From Octopus bimaculoides (lineage: Eukaryota), in the NCBI RefSeq assembly GCF_001194135.2, contig NC_068989.1, forward strand, positions 45,102,097 to 45,146,056: a stretch of 43,960 bases of DNA, given 5' to 3'. Below, in pieces: positions 23,045 to 33,894 of the stretch (its first letter is position 1; the number at the start of each line of letters is the position of its first letter). Under the pieces are notes generated by a model. It was not told the origin of the DNA and did no database searches. It saw only the letters and a list, made by a program, of their open reading frames with translations. Made by a program: the position numbers and the translations under genes.

Positions 23045-23990
23045 AGTGTGCTTGAGTGTGTGCGTATGCGTGCGTACGTGTGTGTGTGTGTGTGTATGCG
23101 TATGTGTGAGTGTGTGTGTGAGGGATGGTATGTATATGTGTGTATGTGTGTTTGTGTGTATACTTGTGTATAAGAGTACTAGTGTGTGTACGCTTGTGAA
23201 TATGCGTGCTGCGTGTCTAGGTACGTGAGTTTGTGTGTATGTGTATGTTTGTGTGTACATGTATATGTGTGAGAGTGTGTTTATGTGTATATATATATAT
23301 ATGTCTATGTAAGTGTGTGTGTGCGTGTGTGTGTGTAAGGGGTGGTGTGTATATGTGTGTATGTGTGTTTGTGTGTATACTTGTGTATAAGAGTACTAGT
23401 GTGTGTACGCTTGTGTTTATGCGTGCTACGTCTGTAAGTGCGTATGTGAATGTGTGCATGTGTATGTTTGTGCGTACATGTGTATGTGTGGGTGTATGTT
23501 TATGTGTATATGTGTATCTGCATGTGTAAGTGTGTGTGTTTGTGTGTTCATGGTTGCGTATGCATTTCTGTATGAGTTCGTGTCTGTTTTGTGTATACGT
23601 ATGTGTGCATGTGTCTGTGCGTATCCCTGAGTGTGTGTTTGTGTGTGTATGTGCATGTGTGCGTATGAGCACGTGTGTTTGTGTGCTTGTGTGTATTTTG
23701 TGTACACGTATGTGTAAATGTACGTGTGTGCGTGTATGTGTGAATGTGCGCTTGTGTGTGTAAATGTCATTGTATGTGGTTATTTATGTGTTGCTCTGCA
23801 CGAGTATATGTGCGTGTAGATGTGTGTTTGTGTATATGCTTGTGTATATATATATATATATGTGCGTATGCGCCTGTAAGTGTGTTTGTATGTGCATTTA
23901 TGTGCGTGTCGTTTGTGTGTGCTTATATTTTTGCGTATGCATGCGTTTGTGTCTGTACGTGCGCACGTGTGTGTGCGTGTTTGCGTGTCC
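23045..23990. repeat. Cryptically simple (TG)-rich tract containing a ~110-bp direct duplication
   Basis: TG/TA/CG dinucleotide mosaic. The block gtatatgtgtgtatgtgtgtttgtgtgtatacttgtgtataagagtactagtgtgtgtacgcttgtg occurs at both ~23131 and ~23349. Confidence 0.85.
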
Positions 23991-24527
23991 TTCAACTTAA
24001 AAATTGACAGTCCAATAAAAAGTGAGACGAAGTATAACGACAAAAGTCGGTTCTTATATTTATAGCAAGGACGAGAAAGAGGACAACGTTACAATGAACA
24101 TCAATTCGAGACATTAGAATACAAAAGAAATATAATTACAGATATGAAAATTACAAATGTACAGTAGAATTCGCTTACTGTGATCAGTTTTGGACGAAGC
24201 CTTTTAGAAAAAAAAAAGAACCGGGTAATCACATTAAGCAGAGAATAAAATGAGTATTACAGTATTGTGATTTCCAGTGTGTTTACGTCACAGTAGTTTT
24301 GATAAGAAAATCCACTGCGTAGCGTTAACCGTAATTATGATAAACTGCTTCAAATGGAAGATGTTTATCTTTATATTTTTGAAACGAAGAATTTTAGATA
24401 ACAATAATCAACTGTTAATATTGAGCAGAAATTATAAATATATCTTTAATATGTTTGAAACTCACCAATATTGGTAACAGTAACCGTCCGTTTCGTAGCA
24501 TTTTTCGTGATTATTATAAGCGACTTT

Positions 24528-24743
24528 AAGGCGGTGAGCTGCCAGAATAATCGTTAGCACGGCGGGCAAAATGCTTAGCGATATTTCGTCCATCTTTACG
24601 TTCTGAGTTCAAATTCCGCTGAGGTCCACTTCCCTTTTCATCCTTCCGGGGTCGATAACATAAGTACCAGTCGAACACTGGAGTCAATATAATCGACTAA
24701 TCCCCTCACCCCAAATTTCAGGCCTTGTGCCTACAATAGAAAG
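24528..24743 (+). mobile_element. SINE family B, full-length copy with target-site duplication
   Basis: GATTATTATAAGCGACTTT (19 bp) at 24509-24527 and 24744-24762. The body includes gaggtccacttcccttttcatccttccggggtcgataacataagtaccag, which resembles the conserved central domain of MetaSINE-like elements as I recall it (unverified). Confidence 0.92.
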
Positions 24744-25289
24744 GATTATTATAAGCGACTTTCAATGTGCACATATATTTGCGTGTGTGTATGGAGGATT
24801 ATAAATGCTACACACACACACACACACACACATAAAATTATACTATATTATTTCATATTTATATTATAGTACATGATNNNNNNNNNNTGTTTCGAAGATT
24901 ACAAATTGTACCTTCCAAAGGAATAGGTGATGTTGAAAAGGGAAATACATAGGAACCGTAAGACATTTTAACCGAATTTACTAAATTTGTATATTTACTC
25001 AATTACCCAAAATAACAACGAGTTTCTACCTCATAAACAGGAGTTACACCACAGTCATTTTGTGATCTTTGCTACCCTGGTATCTATTCACCAATTAATT
25101 ATTAACTTAGAGAAAATAAATACATATAATAATAATAATAATAATATATATATATATAGATCATTAAGGGTATCTCAGAGATACCACCATTCTAGAGATA
25201 GCAATCAAAACCTGACTCTAAAGCCACATCATGTATTTATACAGTAGAAGGTGAAAAGATAAGTAGACAAATTAACTATCAGAAATTAC

Positions 25290-25637
25290 TGGATCTAGAA
25301 AGGTTGAAAGGCAAAGTCAACCTCGGCGTAATTTGAACTCAGAACGTAAAGACAGACGAAACATCGCTAAGCATTTCGCCCAGAGTACTAACGTTTCATC
25401 CAGCTCGCGGCTTTCAAATATTCTTTTGTACTCTAGGCACAAGGCCCGAAATTTTGGGGGAGGGGCCAGTCGATTAAATCAACCCCAGTACGCAACTGTT
25501 GCTTAATTTATCGACCCCGAAAGACTGAAAGGCAAAGTCGGACCGCGGCGTAATTTGAACTCAGAACGTAAAGACAGACGAAATACCGCTAAGCATTTCG
25601 TCCAGCGTACTAACGTTTCATCCAGCTCGCCGCCTTC
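25290..25637 (-). mobile_element. Two tandem SINE family B copies
   Basis: The block tgaaaggcaaagtc...cggcgtaatttgaactcagaacgtaaagacagacgaaa...gctaagcatttcg...gtactaacgtttcatccagctcg occurs twice (~25304 and ~25526). Confidence 0.9.
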
Positions 25638-25959
25638 GAATATTGCGAATGAAAAAGCACTCGCCGGCAATTACAGTGACTCTTTAGGTTAGATTCACGA
25701 TTAATGAAGGGCTAGAGGTGATGTCGTATAACGTGCGTCACTGATTTAAACTGCATGCTGGGTTTTTGTACGAACATGCATGTGTGCATATATACAAGTG
25801 TGTGCGTGCGTGTGTTGTACGCACGTGCACGAAATATGTGTTGGCGCGTGTATGTGGGCATGCGTGTGCGATGACTATATCCCGTGTCAATATTTTCATA
25901 AAACTATGTGACTTCGTACGCAAATATACAAGTGTAACGACGGCGTTACACACAACACT

Positions 25960-26192
25960 GTTATTGTCACTATGCATGTGTTTTTATGTGATCAGTCAAG
26001 CGGTGTATGCGTTCTGTCTGTGTATATGTATATGTGCATGCATGGCTGTTTGTGTTTGTGCTGTGTCTGTGTATCTGTATGTGTTTTGCGTATGTTCCAT
26101 GATTGTATGTGTACATGCCTGTGTATGTGTTTCTATGTGTCTGTAAGTGTGTACGTTTGTGTGTGTTTGTGTGTGTGTATGTGTGTTTGTGT

Positions 26193-26235
<43 letters not shown>

Positions 26236-26260
26236 TTTGTGTGTGCGTGAGTGAGTGTAT
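25960..26260. repeat. Degenerate (TG)n tract
   Basis: Direct reading. Confidence 0.9.
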
Positions 26261-26996
26261 AAAATACACTTAACGAGCATTGACAATAAATTAGATTATA
26301 TGACTTCGCGCATCATCCATCAATCAAGAGTGTATAAGTGTGTATGTATTTCCATGTGTATGATCATGTATGTATAAGTATACATGTGCGTGTGTGCGTG
26401 TGTGCGTGTGTGCGTGTGCGTGTGTGTGTGAGTGTATGAGTTTATGCAAAAACAGGCTAAAGGACGTAAATGTAAGTTACAGTAAGACTTATTTATTTAA
26501 ATAAACTCGGGCGCATCGCCACAGCATCTCACCACGCCTTGCTTCCGTACGTACATAAACAACCACAATATCAAATATCAAATATGGTGTTATGGTTTTT
26601 ATGACCGTGAAACCTGATAAGTGGAGAGCATGGGCAGTTCGTCACTTAATTGGTAAGTTAGCCTTCACGAGACAACATTTAAATAGCTATGTGTGACATG
26701 ATGCACGCTAAGGGGTGCCGCGTTATCGACACTGCACGCGTCATCCAAGTGGTGAATCTGTGACGTATTCCATGATACTCTGTGTCATTAAAGAACAACT
26801 GAACACGGAGAATTTATGAAGTATATTTCGGATTAGCTAACGTGCAAGCGCTCACCTCTTCTTTTTACTACAGCTAGAAGTGATATCAAATTTTTTCTTA
26901 CGAGATAACGAGACACCCTTCAGTTCAACAGTGCTAGCGTTGAATACCGCAAGAGTCTTTTTTGTTTTTTTTACCTACCTATGGTATTTATAATGA

Positions 26997-27160
26997 AGAA
27001 GCGTTGCTTGGTGGTTAAGGTTTTGTTAGGCTCAGGGTCACAAAATTCCGTGAGCCCAACACGAGTTCGATTCCTGGATCGAGCGGCAAGCTATGTCCTT
27101 GAGCAAGGCATTTCATATCATTTTACGTTGGTTCAGGCCAATCAGCTAAGAAAGAGTATT
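26997..27160 (+). mobile_element. tRNA-head plus CORE-like SINE (family D) fragment
   Basis: gcgttgcttggtggttaagg...gagttcgattcctgg...ctatgtccttgagcaaggcatttcatatcattttacgttg. Confidence 0.7.
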
Positions 27161-27164
27161 GGCG

Positions 27165-27772
27165 ACCGAAGCCTGGCGTGATTCATCAAAACATTCACCT
27201 TCTGATCTATTCCTTTCTACCACTAACTATTTACTAGACGATTCATTGATTTTACTCCTAGACCATACAGGCAAATTCGGGAAATCCAGTCGATATCTGC
27301 CCAGCAGTTGGAAATGTCTGAGTAGGCTTTTTAGAATTTTACATCCACTTCTAAGGGTTAACTCTACAGAATCATATTGTACAGTTCCAATCTTCTACTA
27401 GTACTAAAGAGCATGATGTTCTCTGGAAGGTTTCCGGACGTCTAAAGACGTCTGGCTCTCTTACCCTAGTGGATGCATAGATGGACCCCTGTCTGAAGGG
27501 AATGTCTTTAATATTGTTCACATCCAGAAAAATCCATATACTTCCAGAATCGAGGAAAATCTTCTGTACTTTTAAACCTGATTCTTTTTGAAAAACACTC
27601 CCGATAGACCACAAAATGAATAAGCCTTGTGGTTGTCAAAAGACGGCGGCGTTCTAGAATTCTGTTTCGGTAATGGCTACCACATCCGTGTCAAGTGATC
27701 TGAGATTTTTGAACAAGAGAACATGCTGATCTATTGCACCTACATTTACACATCTTACTGAGAGCGACCCAT
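27165..27772 (-). pseudogene. Degenerate APE endonuclease domain (ORF2 N-terminus) of an L1/Tx1-clade LINE
   Basis: Minus-strand translation: SLSVRCVNVGAIDQHVLLFKNLRSLDTDVVAITETEF*...KESGLKVQKIFLDSGSIWIFLDV...SIYASTRVREPDVFRRPETFQRTSCSLVLVEDWN, then frameshift, then SLLRHFQLLGRYRLDFPNLPVWSRS. These match the APE motifs xNV, DxxxxxET, YAP and GDxN, and contain in-frame stops. Confidence 0.85.
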
Positions 27773-28490
27773 GTCAAGTGAAGAAGATAAATGGAGAAGT
27801 CGCTTACTTTTGTCATCAAAGTGGCGGATGGATTATTCTTTTCCAAGAAAGTGTCCCTTGAAAGACACTTGTTATAATATCTTGCTTAAAATTTTCTAAA
27901 ACTCCAGCACTCACCGGAAAATTGTCTAAGAGTGCATGATATATGTCACTTGATGTTTTCATTAATAATCTCTCTGTAGGTGTTTTGGAAATTAATTTTT
28001 CAAATTCTTCTTTACTCATTATTTTGTCTTTATAATGTTTTTTTTTCAGACAGGCCGTTAACTTACAGTTATTTTTGTTTATGAAGGTGAAGTTGACTGT
28101 TTTCTATTTATTTGTTCCATTGAGTTAGTTATTCCTGTGATTGTTGTTTCTTTTAGTAATTTTGTTGTTGGGCTTGTGTTATCCTTTTGTTGTTGTAGGG
28201 GTCAAAACAGCAGGTTTTGGTTCTTATTGTGGTGGTTTTGAGGTGTTTTCTTTGTTATTCTTGGGGCTGCTTGGGCGACATTTATGAGTGATTTTTGATA
28301 TTTTATCAACGTGTATGCTTCTTTTTGGCGTGAGGCTATGGCACTTCGTCCTTTCCCTGTGGACCTTTCTAGTGGCCAGTTGCACTTCTTTTTCTCGTTG
28401 TTATTTGACAGACGGGGTAGCTGAAGGCTGGCTTTTGCATTTGCGAGCATTTGAATAATATTCTCTCCGTTGCCACAAAAGGTTGCATTC
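27773..28490 (-). mobile_element. Probable ORF1 remnant of the same L1/Tx1-type LINE
   Basis: A-rich coding-like minus strand directly upstream of the APE domain, with open segments 28202-28516 and 27816-28019 (SKEEFEKLISKTPTERLLMKTSSDIYHALLDNF...). Assigned by position only. Confidence 0.55.
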
Positions 28491-29110
28491 TCTCTCTCTC
28501 TCTGTCTTTCTCTCATATATATTATCTATGTACCTATCAATATCTTCATCACTCATCGGCCTGACCCACTTATGTATATGTGACTAAATATGCGTCTGTT
28601 TCTCTCCTCTCTTTGACACATACTCCTTTCTCCCTCTCTGTCTCTCTTTCACTTTTTCACCCTTCCTATATATATATATGTCGTTTTCTTTCTTTCTCTC
28701 TCCCTCACCTAGTCATCTCGCTCTCCTCTTTCCTATGTCTCTCATCCCATCAACCCGGATCCCTTACTGTCAGTTCTGGTAGATGCAGTTCACACCACTT
28801 CACTGTTCAATGACAATATAAGGTTGACTGACACGTTATTAATTAAAAAAAAAGAAGTCGCTCTTTTGGGGGAAATCTTTATTTCTAACTGTATATATAA
28901 TAATGTGTATCAGTGTACATGTAAGCGTTAAACTGTGTATGAATGTATGTATATATATGCGTGTATGCATATATTTATATATGTATATGCGTATAAATGC
29001 ATACTTGTGTGTGTGTGTGTGAGTGTGTGTGTGTGTGTATCTATCTATCTATCTATCTATCTATTTATATATATACATACATACAAACACATATATATAT
29101 AAATACACAC

Positions 29111-29166
<56 letters not shown>

Positions 29167-29167
29167 G

Positions 29168-29350
29168 TCACCATGATTTACCGCTAACTTCACAAGTTTT
29201 TTTATTCTGTCTCTGTTCATTTCCTCGTGTTCCTTTCTGTTGAAGAGAGTAGGCCCGAAGCGTAAATGACTTTCTCACCTTCCCGAGCGTCAGACTAATG
29301 CACCTGCTTGTTGTTTATACCGTCACCATCTTTTGTTTTTCTGTAAATTT
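29168..29350 (+). mobile_element. Short interspersed repeat (family H) with a variant hammerhead-like motif, second copy
   Basis: ccatgatttaccgctaac...ttcctttctgttgaagagagtaggcccgaagcgtaaatgactttctcaccttcccgagcgtcagactaatgcacc is colinear with the reverse complement of 10125-10297. Confidence 0.75.
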
Positions 29351-29374
29351 CAACTATATGTATATGTATATGGC

Positions 29375-29672
29375 CTGAGAGCGCATGGCTTAGTGGTTAG
29401 GGTGTTGCACTTACGGTCTAGCGATCGTGATTTCAATTCCTAGACCGGGTGGTGCGTTGTGTTCTTGAGCAAAACACTTCATTTCACGTTGCTCTGAGAT
29501 CACTTCGACAACTGACACGTTGTACACCGTTCATCTGTTCAGACAACGTCGATTTCATGGCGAGAGTGAGGTAATGTGCAGCCCGAACATTTGATAATTA
29601 TGGACAAATTATTTGTGCAGATCGTTCGGTAAAAGCTGACCGTTCATACGTCGTCTTGGACGGGAGAGTCCA
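29375..29672 (+). mobile_element. tRNA-head plus CORE-like SINE (family D head, distinct tail)
   Basis: gcgcatggcttagtggttaggg (A-box), gatttcaattcc (B-box-like), gttgtgttcttgagcaaaacacttcatttcacgttgctc, then a tail unlike those at 14925 or 21810. Confidence 0.75.
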
Positions 29673-29696
29673 TCATATATATATGTATATATAAAT

Positions 29697-30421
29697 TAAA
29701 ATAATAAGGGTGAAACATTGATATTAATTTGATTAATATCAATTTAAACCAGTGGCTTAGCATATAGGAAAATTATATTTTATACATATAAGAGGGATGA
29801 CCACTAGGTAGACATCCAATATGCTAAATGTAGAACCCCATATGGTCTGACCACTAAGAAAAAATTGTTCTCAAGAAAATTCACCAAACACCAGAACGTA
29901 AGCAAGCGTGACAAATGAAAAGATACAAAATATAATGATTAGTCACATACCCGGTTTCATTGTTACCATTTACATATTTACATATGTAAATGTCTGCAAA
30001 TCATCAGTGCGACCGTCATAGGAAATATAATTTACAGAACCGTACACGAGACGTCCACACGATAGAGAACATGCATACAGTTCTGTCATTTATATTTGGG
30101 GGTATATTTCAAATGTCTTCGTTTTGGCGCGCCAAAACCGGAAACGACTCTGCAGAAAATAATTTTCTGCATCGAAGCCTGCCGGTGAGAGAACATAGTT
30201 ATTTAAATTTGAAAAATAAGGGTAAAAGATTGGTATTAATTTGATTAATGTCAATTAAAACCAGTGACTAATCATTATATTTTGTATCTTTTCATTTGTC
30301 TTGCTCGCTTACGTTCTGGCGTTTGGTGAATTTTCTTGAGAACATTTTTTCTTAGTGGTCAGACCATATGAGGTCTACATTTAGCACATTGGATGTCCAC
30401 CTACTGGTCATTCCTCTTATA
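29697..30421 (-). mobile_element. Penelope-like non-autonomous element with pLTR-style direct plus inverted repeats
   Basis: Direct repeat ~29697-29754 / ~30205-30265 (aataagggt..tattaatttgattaat.tcaatt.aaaccagtg). Inverted repeat 29787-29946 / 30264-30421. HHR motif at 29942-30013 on the minus strand. No coding remnant recognised. Confidence 0.65.
29942..30013 (-). ncRNA. Minimal type I hammerhead ribozyme motif (Penelope-type)
   Basis: Minus strand: GUCGCA-CUGAUGA-U-UUG(cagacauuuacauauguaaauauguaaaugguaa)CAA-U-GAAA-CCGG-GUA-UGUGAC. Stem I has 6 bp including one G-U pair, stem II is long and interrupted, and stem III is the near-palindrome ACCGG(G)U. Predicted cleavage is after GUA, between 29948 and 29947. 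Confidence 0.72.
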
Positions 30422-31178
30422 TACATATGTATATATATATNNNNNNNNNNNNNNNNNNNNNNNNNNNNNNNNNNNNNNNNNNNNNNNNNNNNNNNNNNNN
30501 NNNNNNNNNNNNNNNNNNNNNNNNNNNNNNNNNNNNNNNNNNNNNNNNNNNNNNNNNNNNNNNNNNNNNNNNNNNNNNNNNNNNNNNNNNNNNNNNNNNN
30601 NNNNNNNNNNNNNNNNNNNNNNNNNNNNNNNNNNNNNNNNNNNNNNNNNNNNNNNNNNNNNNNNNNNNNNNNNNNNNNNNNNNNNNNNNNNNNNNNNNNN
30701 NNNNNNNNNNNNNNNNNNNNNNNNNNNNNNNNNNNNNNNNNNNNNNNNNNNNNNNNNNNNNNNNNNNNNNNNNNNNNNNNNNNNNNNNNNNNNNNNNNNN
30801 NNNNNNNNNNNNNNNNNNNNNNNNNNNNNNNNNNNNNNNNNNNNNNNNNNNNNNNNNNNNNNNNNNNNNNNNNNNNNNNNNNNNNNNNNNNNNNNNNNNN
30901 NNNNNNNNNNNNNNNNNNNNNNNNNNNNNNNNNNNNNNNNNNNNNNNNNNNNNNNNNNNNNNNNNNNNNNNNNNNNNNNNNNNNNNNNNNNNNNNNNNNN
31001 NNNNNNNNNNNNNNNNNNNNNNNNNNNNNNNNNNNNNNNNNNNNNNNNNNNNNNNNNNNNNNNNNNNNNNNNNNNNNNNNNNNNNNNNNNNNNNNNNNNN
31101 NNNNNNNNNNNNNNNNNNNNNNNNNNNNNNNNNNNNNNNNNNNNNNNNNNNNNNATATATATATATATATACATATAT

Positions 31179-31324
31179 ACGACGGGCTTCTTTCAGTTTC
31201 CGTCTACCAAATACACTCACAAGGCTTTCGTCGGCCAGAGGCTATAGGTGCCACGCAGTGGGACTGAACCCGGAACCATGTGGCTGGTAAGCAAGCTACT
31301 TACCATACAGCCACTCCTGCGCCT
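31179..31324 (-). mobile_element. SINE family A, 5' half (young copy with a small internal deletion)
   Basis: gacgggcttctttcagtttccgtctaccaaa...gtgccacgcagtgggactgaacccggaaccatgtggctggtaagcaagctacttaccatacagccactcctgcgcct. Confidence 0.92.
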
Positions 31325-31729
31325 GTAAATATTTCGGATTATTTTTGTAGAATCCAACATTTGGAATAATTTTAATTCATAAAAGTCAGTTGTTATTATT
31401 TCACCCACGTTATGGTCGCGAAGATTCTTATCATATGCTCTAAAAGTAGCATTATGCAAGTTTCTTTTACAAGACTAATGGATTCCATCAAACTAAAATG
31501 ATAAACATCATAATTGCTCTCGTGGAGTTTATCTAGAATGGTAAAGAAAAAGAACAGAATATTTATTTCAGTTTTATTTAAAACTGTTTGGTATGTAATT
31601 ACATAATGAAAACGAATACAGTTATTTATGTAACATTTCTGTCCACTAAAACTTAAAGAGCATCTCCGTGGGATGAAACATTTTCTATTTTTTCTCGTTT
31701 TGTTTTTTTGTTTTTTTGTTTCATTATTT

Positions 31730-32120
31730 GTTTCAGTCAATAGACTGCGACCATAAGCACAGCCTTGAAGAAGTTTTAACCGAATGAATCAACTCGAGTA
31801 CTTATTGCTTTAAAGCATGGTACTTATTATATCGGTCCATTTTGCCGAACTGATAAGTTACGGGGACGTAAACACACCAACACTGGTTGTCAAGCGGTGA
31901 TGGAGGAGAAACACATACACATACACCCCCCACACACACGCACACACACACAAATATATACAACAGGCTTCTTTCAGTTTCTTTCTACCAAATTCAGTCA
32001 CAGGGCTTTGGTGGACGTTAGGCTATAATAGAAGACACATACCTGATGTACCATTGAGTGGCACTGAATCCAGAACCATATCGTTGGGAAGCAAGCTTCT
32101 TACCCCATAGTCACGCCAGC
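31730..32120 (-). mobile_element. SINE family A, full-length, older copy with an internal (CA) microsatellite
   Basis: Colinear with 35105-35510 throughout. Confidence 0.85.
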
Positions 32121-32319
32121 GCGATAGATTTTTTCGTAAAATCAGAGCGTTCTCCACTCCAATTGACATCAACGGATCATCAGACACAGTGTTTTGGCGT
32201 GATTTTGCCTCCCCAGTAGCTGATGCTGCCTCCGTTATTCTTATTTGAAATTAAGCCGGGATTTCGTTTTTTTTCATATACAAAAGATTTCTAACATAAA
32301 GCACGAGGGCACAATTTGG

Positions 32320-32480
32320 CAATAGATTTTCTGTCGATTTAATCAACCCTGTATTTTCTAGTACTTATTTTATCGCCTGTGAAAGAATAAAAAGGAAAAG
32401 TTGTTCACTGCGGGTTTTGACCTCGGAATATAAAGAAACGCAAAGCATTGTTTTGCGACGACCTACCGATGCTGTTACCC
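32320..32480 (-). mobile_element. SINE family B, degenerate copy
   Basis: gtcgatttaatcaaccctgtattttctagtacttattttatcgcctgtgaaagaataaaaaggaaaagttgttcactgcgggttttgacctcggaa. Confidence 0.55.
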
Positions 32481-33324
32481 ATCGGCCAATTTGTAGTTGT
32501 ATTATATAAATAACATTTTTTTTAACGCAAATTTTGCCCCAATCGACCTTCCGTATATATAATTATTGCTTGGCTGATAAAATAAACAATAGCTAACGGA
32601 ATAAAAGAAATTTTTTGTTGTATTTATATGTATTTGTTTTATAATGATATCACGGAAAATGTTCAGCAGGGAATTAACATTGAAACAGCGCAATCCTACC
32701 ATGTGTTAAGACATTTGTATCAATTGGCAAAATCGCTTCGAATAAGCATATTTAAATACTGACAAAGAGGACAGTTGGGATTATCAGCAATTACTGTGGT
32801 AATTCCCCCAAAATCCTCTACAAATCTGTTAACCATTTGTCCAGCTCAAACTGGAATGTTCTGCTCATCCGTTTCTAGAATACTAAAATGAAAATAAGGA
32901 GCTTGTATTTGAATGGAATCAGAGGCCATGAAGGAGAAAGAATTAAACTAGGAGACAGGGAGATTTTCATTTCTCGCATAAACCGTTCGGTCCAGGTTAA
33001 CTGAAAAATGAAATGAAATGAAATAAATGAATGAATAAAAACAAAACGGAAAGAAGGAAGGAGGAAATGATCCATTCATTATATGGCACATAATTTGGGA
33101 GTATTTCTATTAAAAAAAAAAGCAGATATTTCGGTTTCTTATAGCACAAATTACAGTATCAATTTTGCCAGAGGTTGAGGAAAATGGTGAGAAGAGTCAG
33201 TTCCAATGAATTAATTAGGTGTATTCATTAACAGAGTTGATCGAAAAATTGCTTCGAGTAGAATTTGAACTTTCAGTATTAAATATTTATTTTACAGATT
33301 TTAATATCGTTAAGAGTAAACTCT

Positions 33325-33885
33325 GGTAAAATAGTATAATCGTTTGTGCGTGGAACAAAAATTCTTTAAGTTTTGAGTTCAAATACTGCCGAGATCAATT
33401 TTGTCCTTCATCTTTTAGGTGTCGTTAAAATAATTTCCAGTTAAATAAAGAGGTTAATCTAATCGTCTGGTTCCTTCTCTCCAAAATATCAGGCCTTGTG
33501 CTTCTATTATAGAAAAGTAAATATTATTTCTAAAAACAACACTGGAGAAATAGCACAATCGTAAGAGTGTGGAACAAAATTTATTTCAGCCCTTTAGTTG
33601 TGAGTTCAAATTCTGCCGGGGCTAACTTTCTTTACTTTCATTCACCCAGGGCTGATAAAATACATTTCCACTCAAGTACTGGGGCCGATGGTATCGACTG
33701 ATTCCCTCATTCCAAAATCCTTCGTCTTCTGTCAAAACTAGAATTCATTTTCAGCACAACAGAATCATTAGTTCAAATCCTACCAAAGTCAAATTTGCCT
33801 TCTTAATTCTCCAGTGTCGATACAACAAACTAATAGTTTAATAATGAGATCGATGGTAACCACTGGTCTCTCCCTACAGGTTTTT
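33325..33885 (+). mobile_element. Three head-to-tail degenerate SINE family B copies
   Basis: (g/t)agttcaaat motifs at ~33375, ~33601 and ~33771, each followed by family B middle and tail segments, with a period of ~200 bp. Confidence 0.7.
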
Positions 33886-33894
33886 CAGAACTTT

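Noticed and set aside
32158-32183. Minus-strand CTGATGA followed by a hairpin (similar cases at 40608-40614 and 8397-8403)
   Set aside because: No GAAA follows the hairpin and no stem I closes, so these are chance matches.
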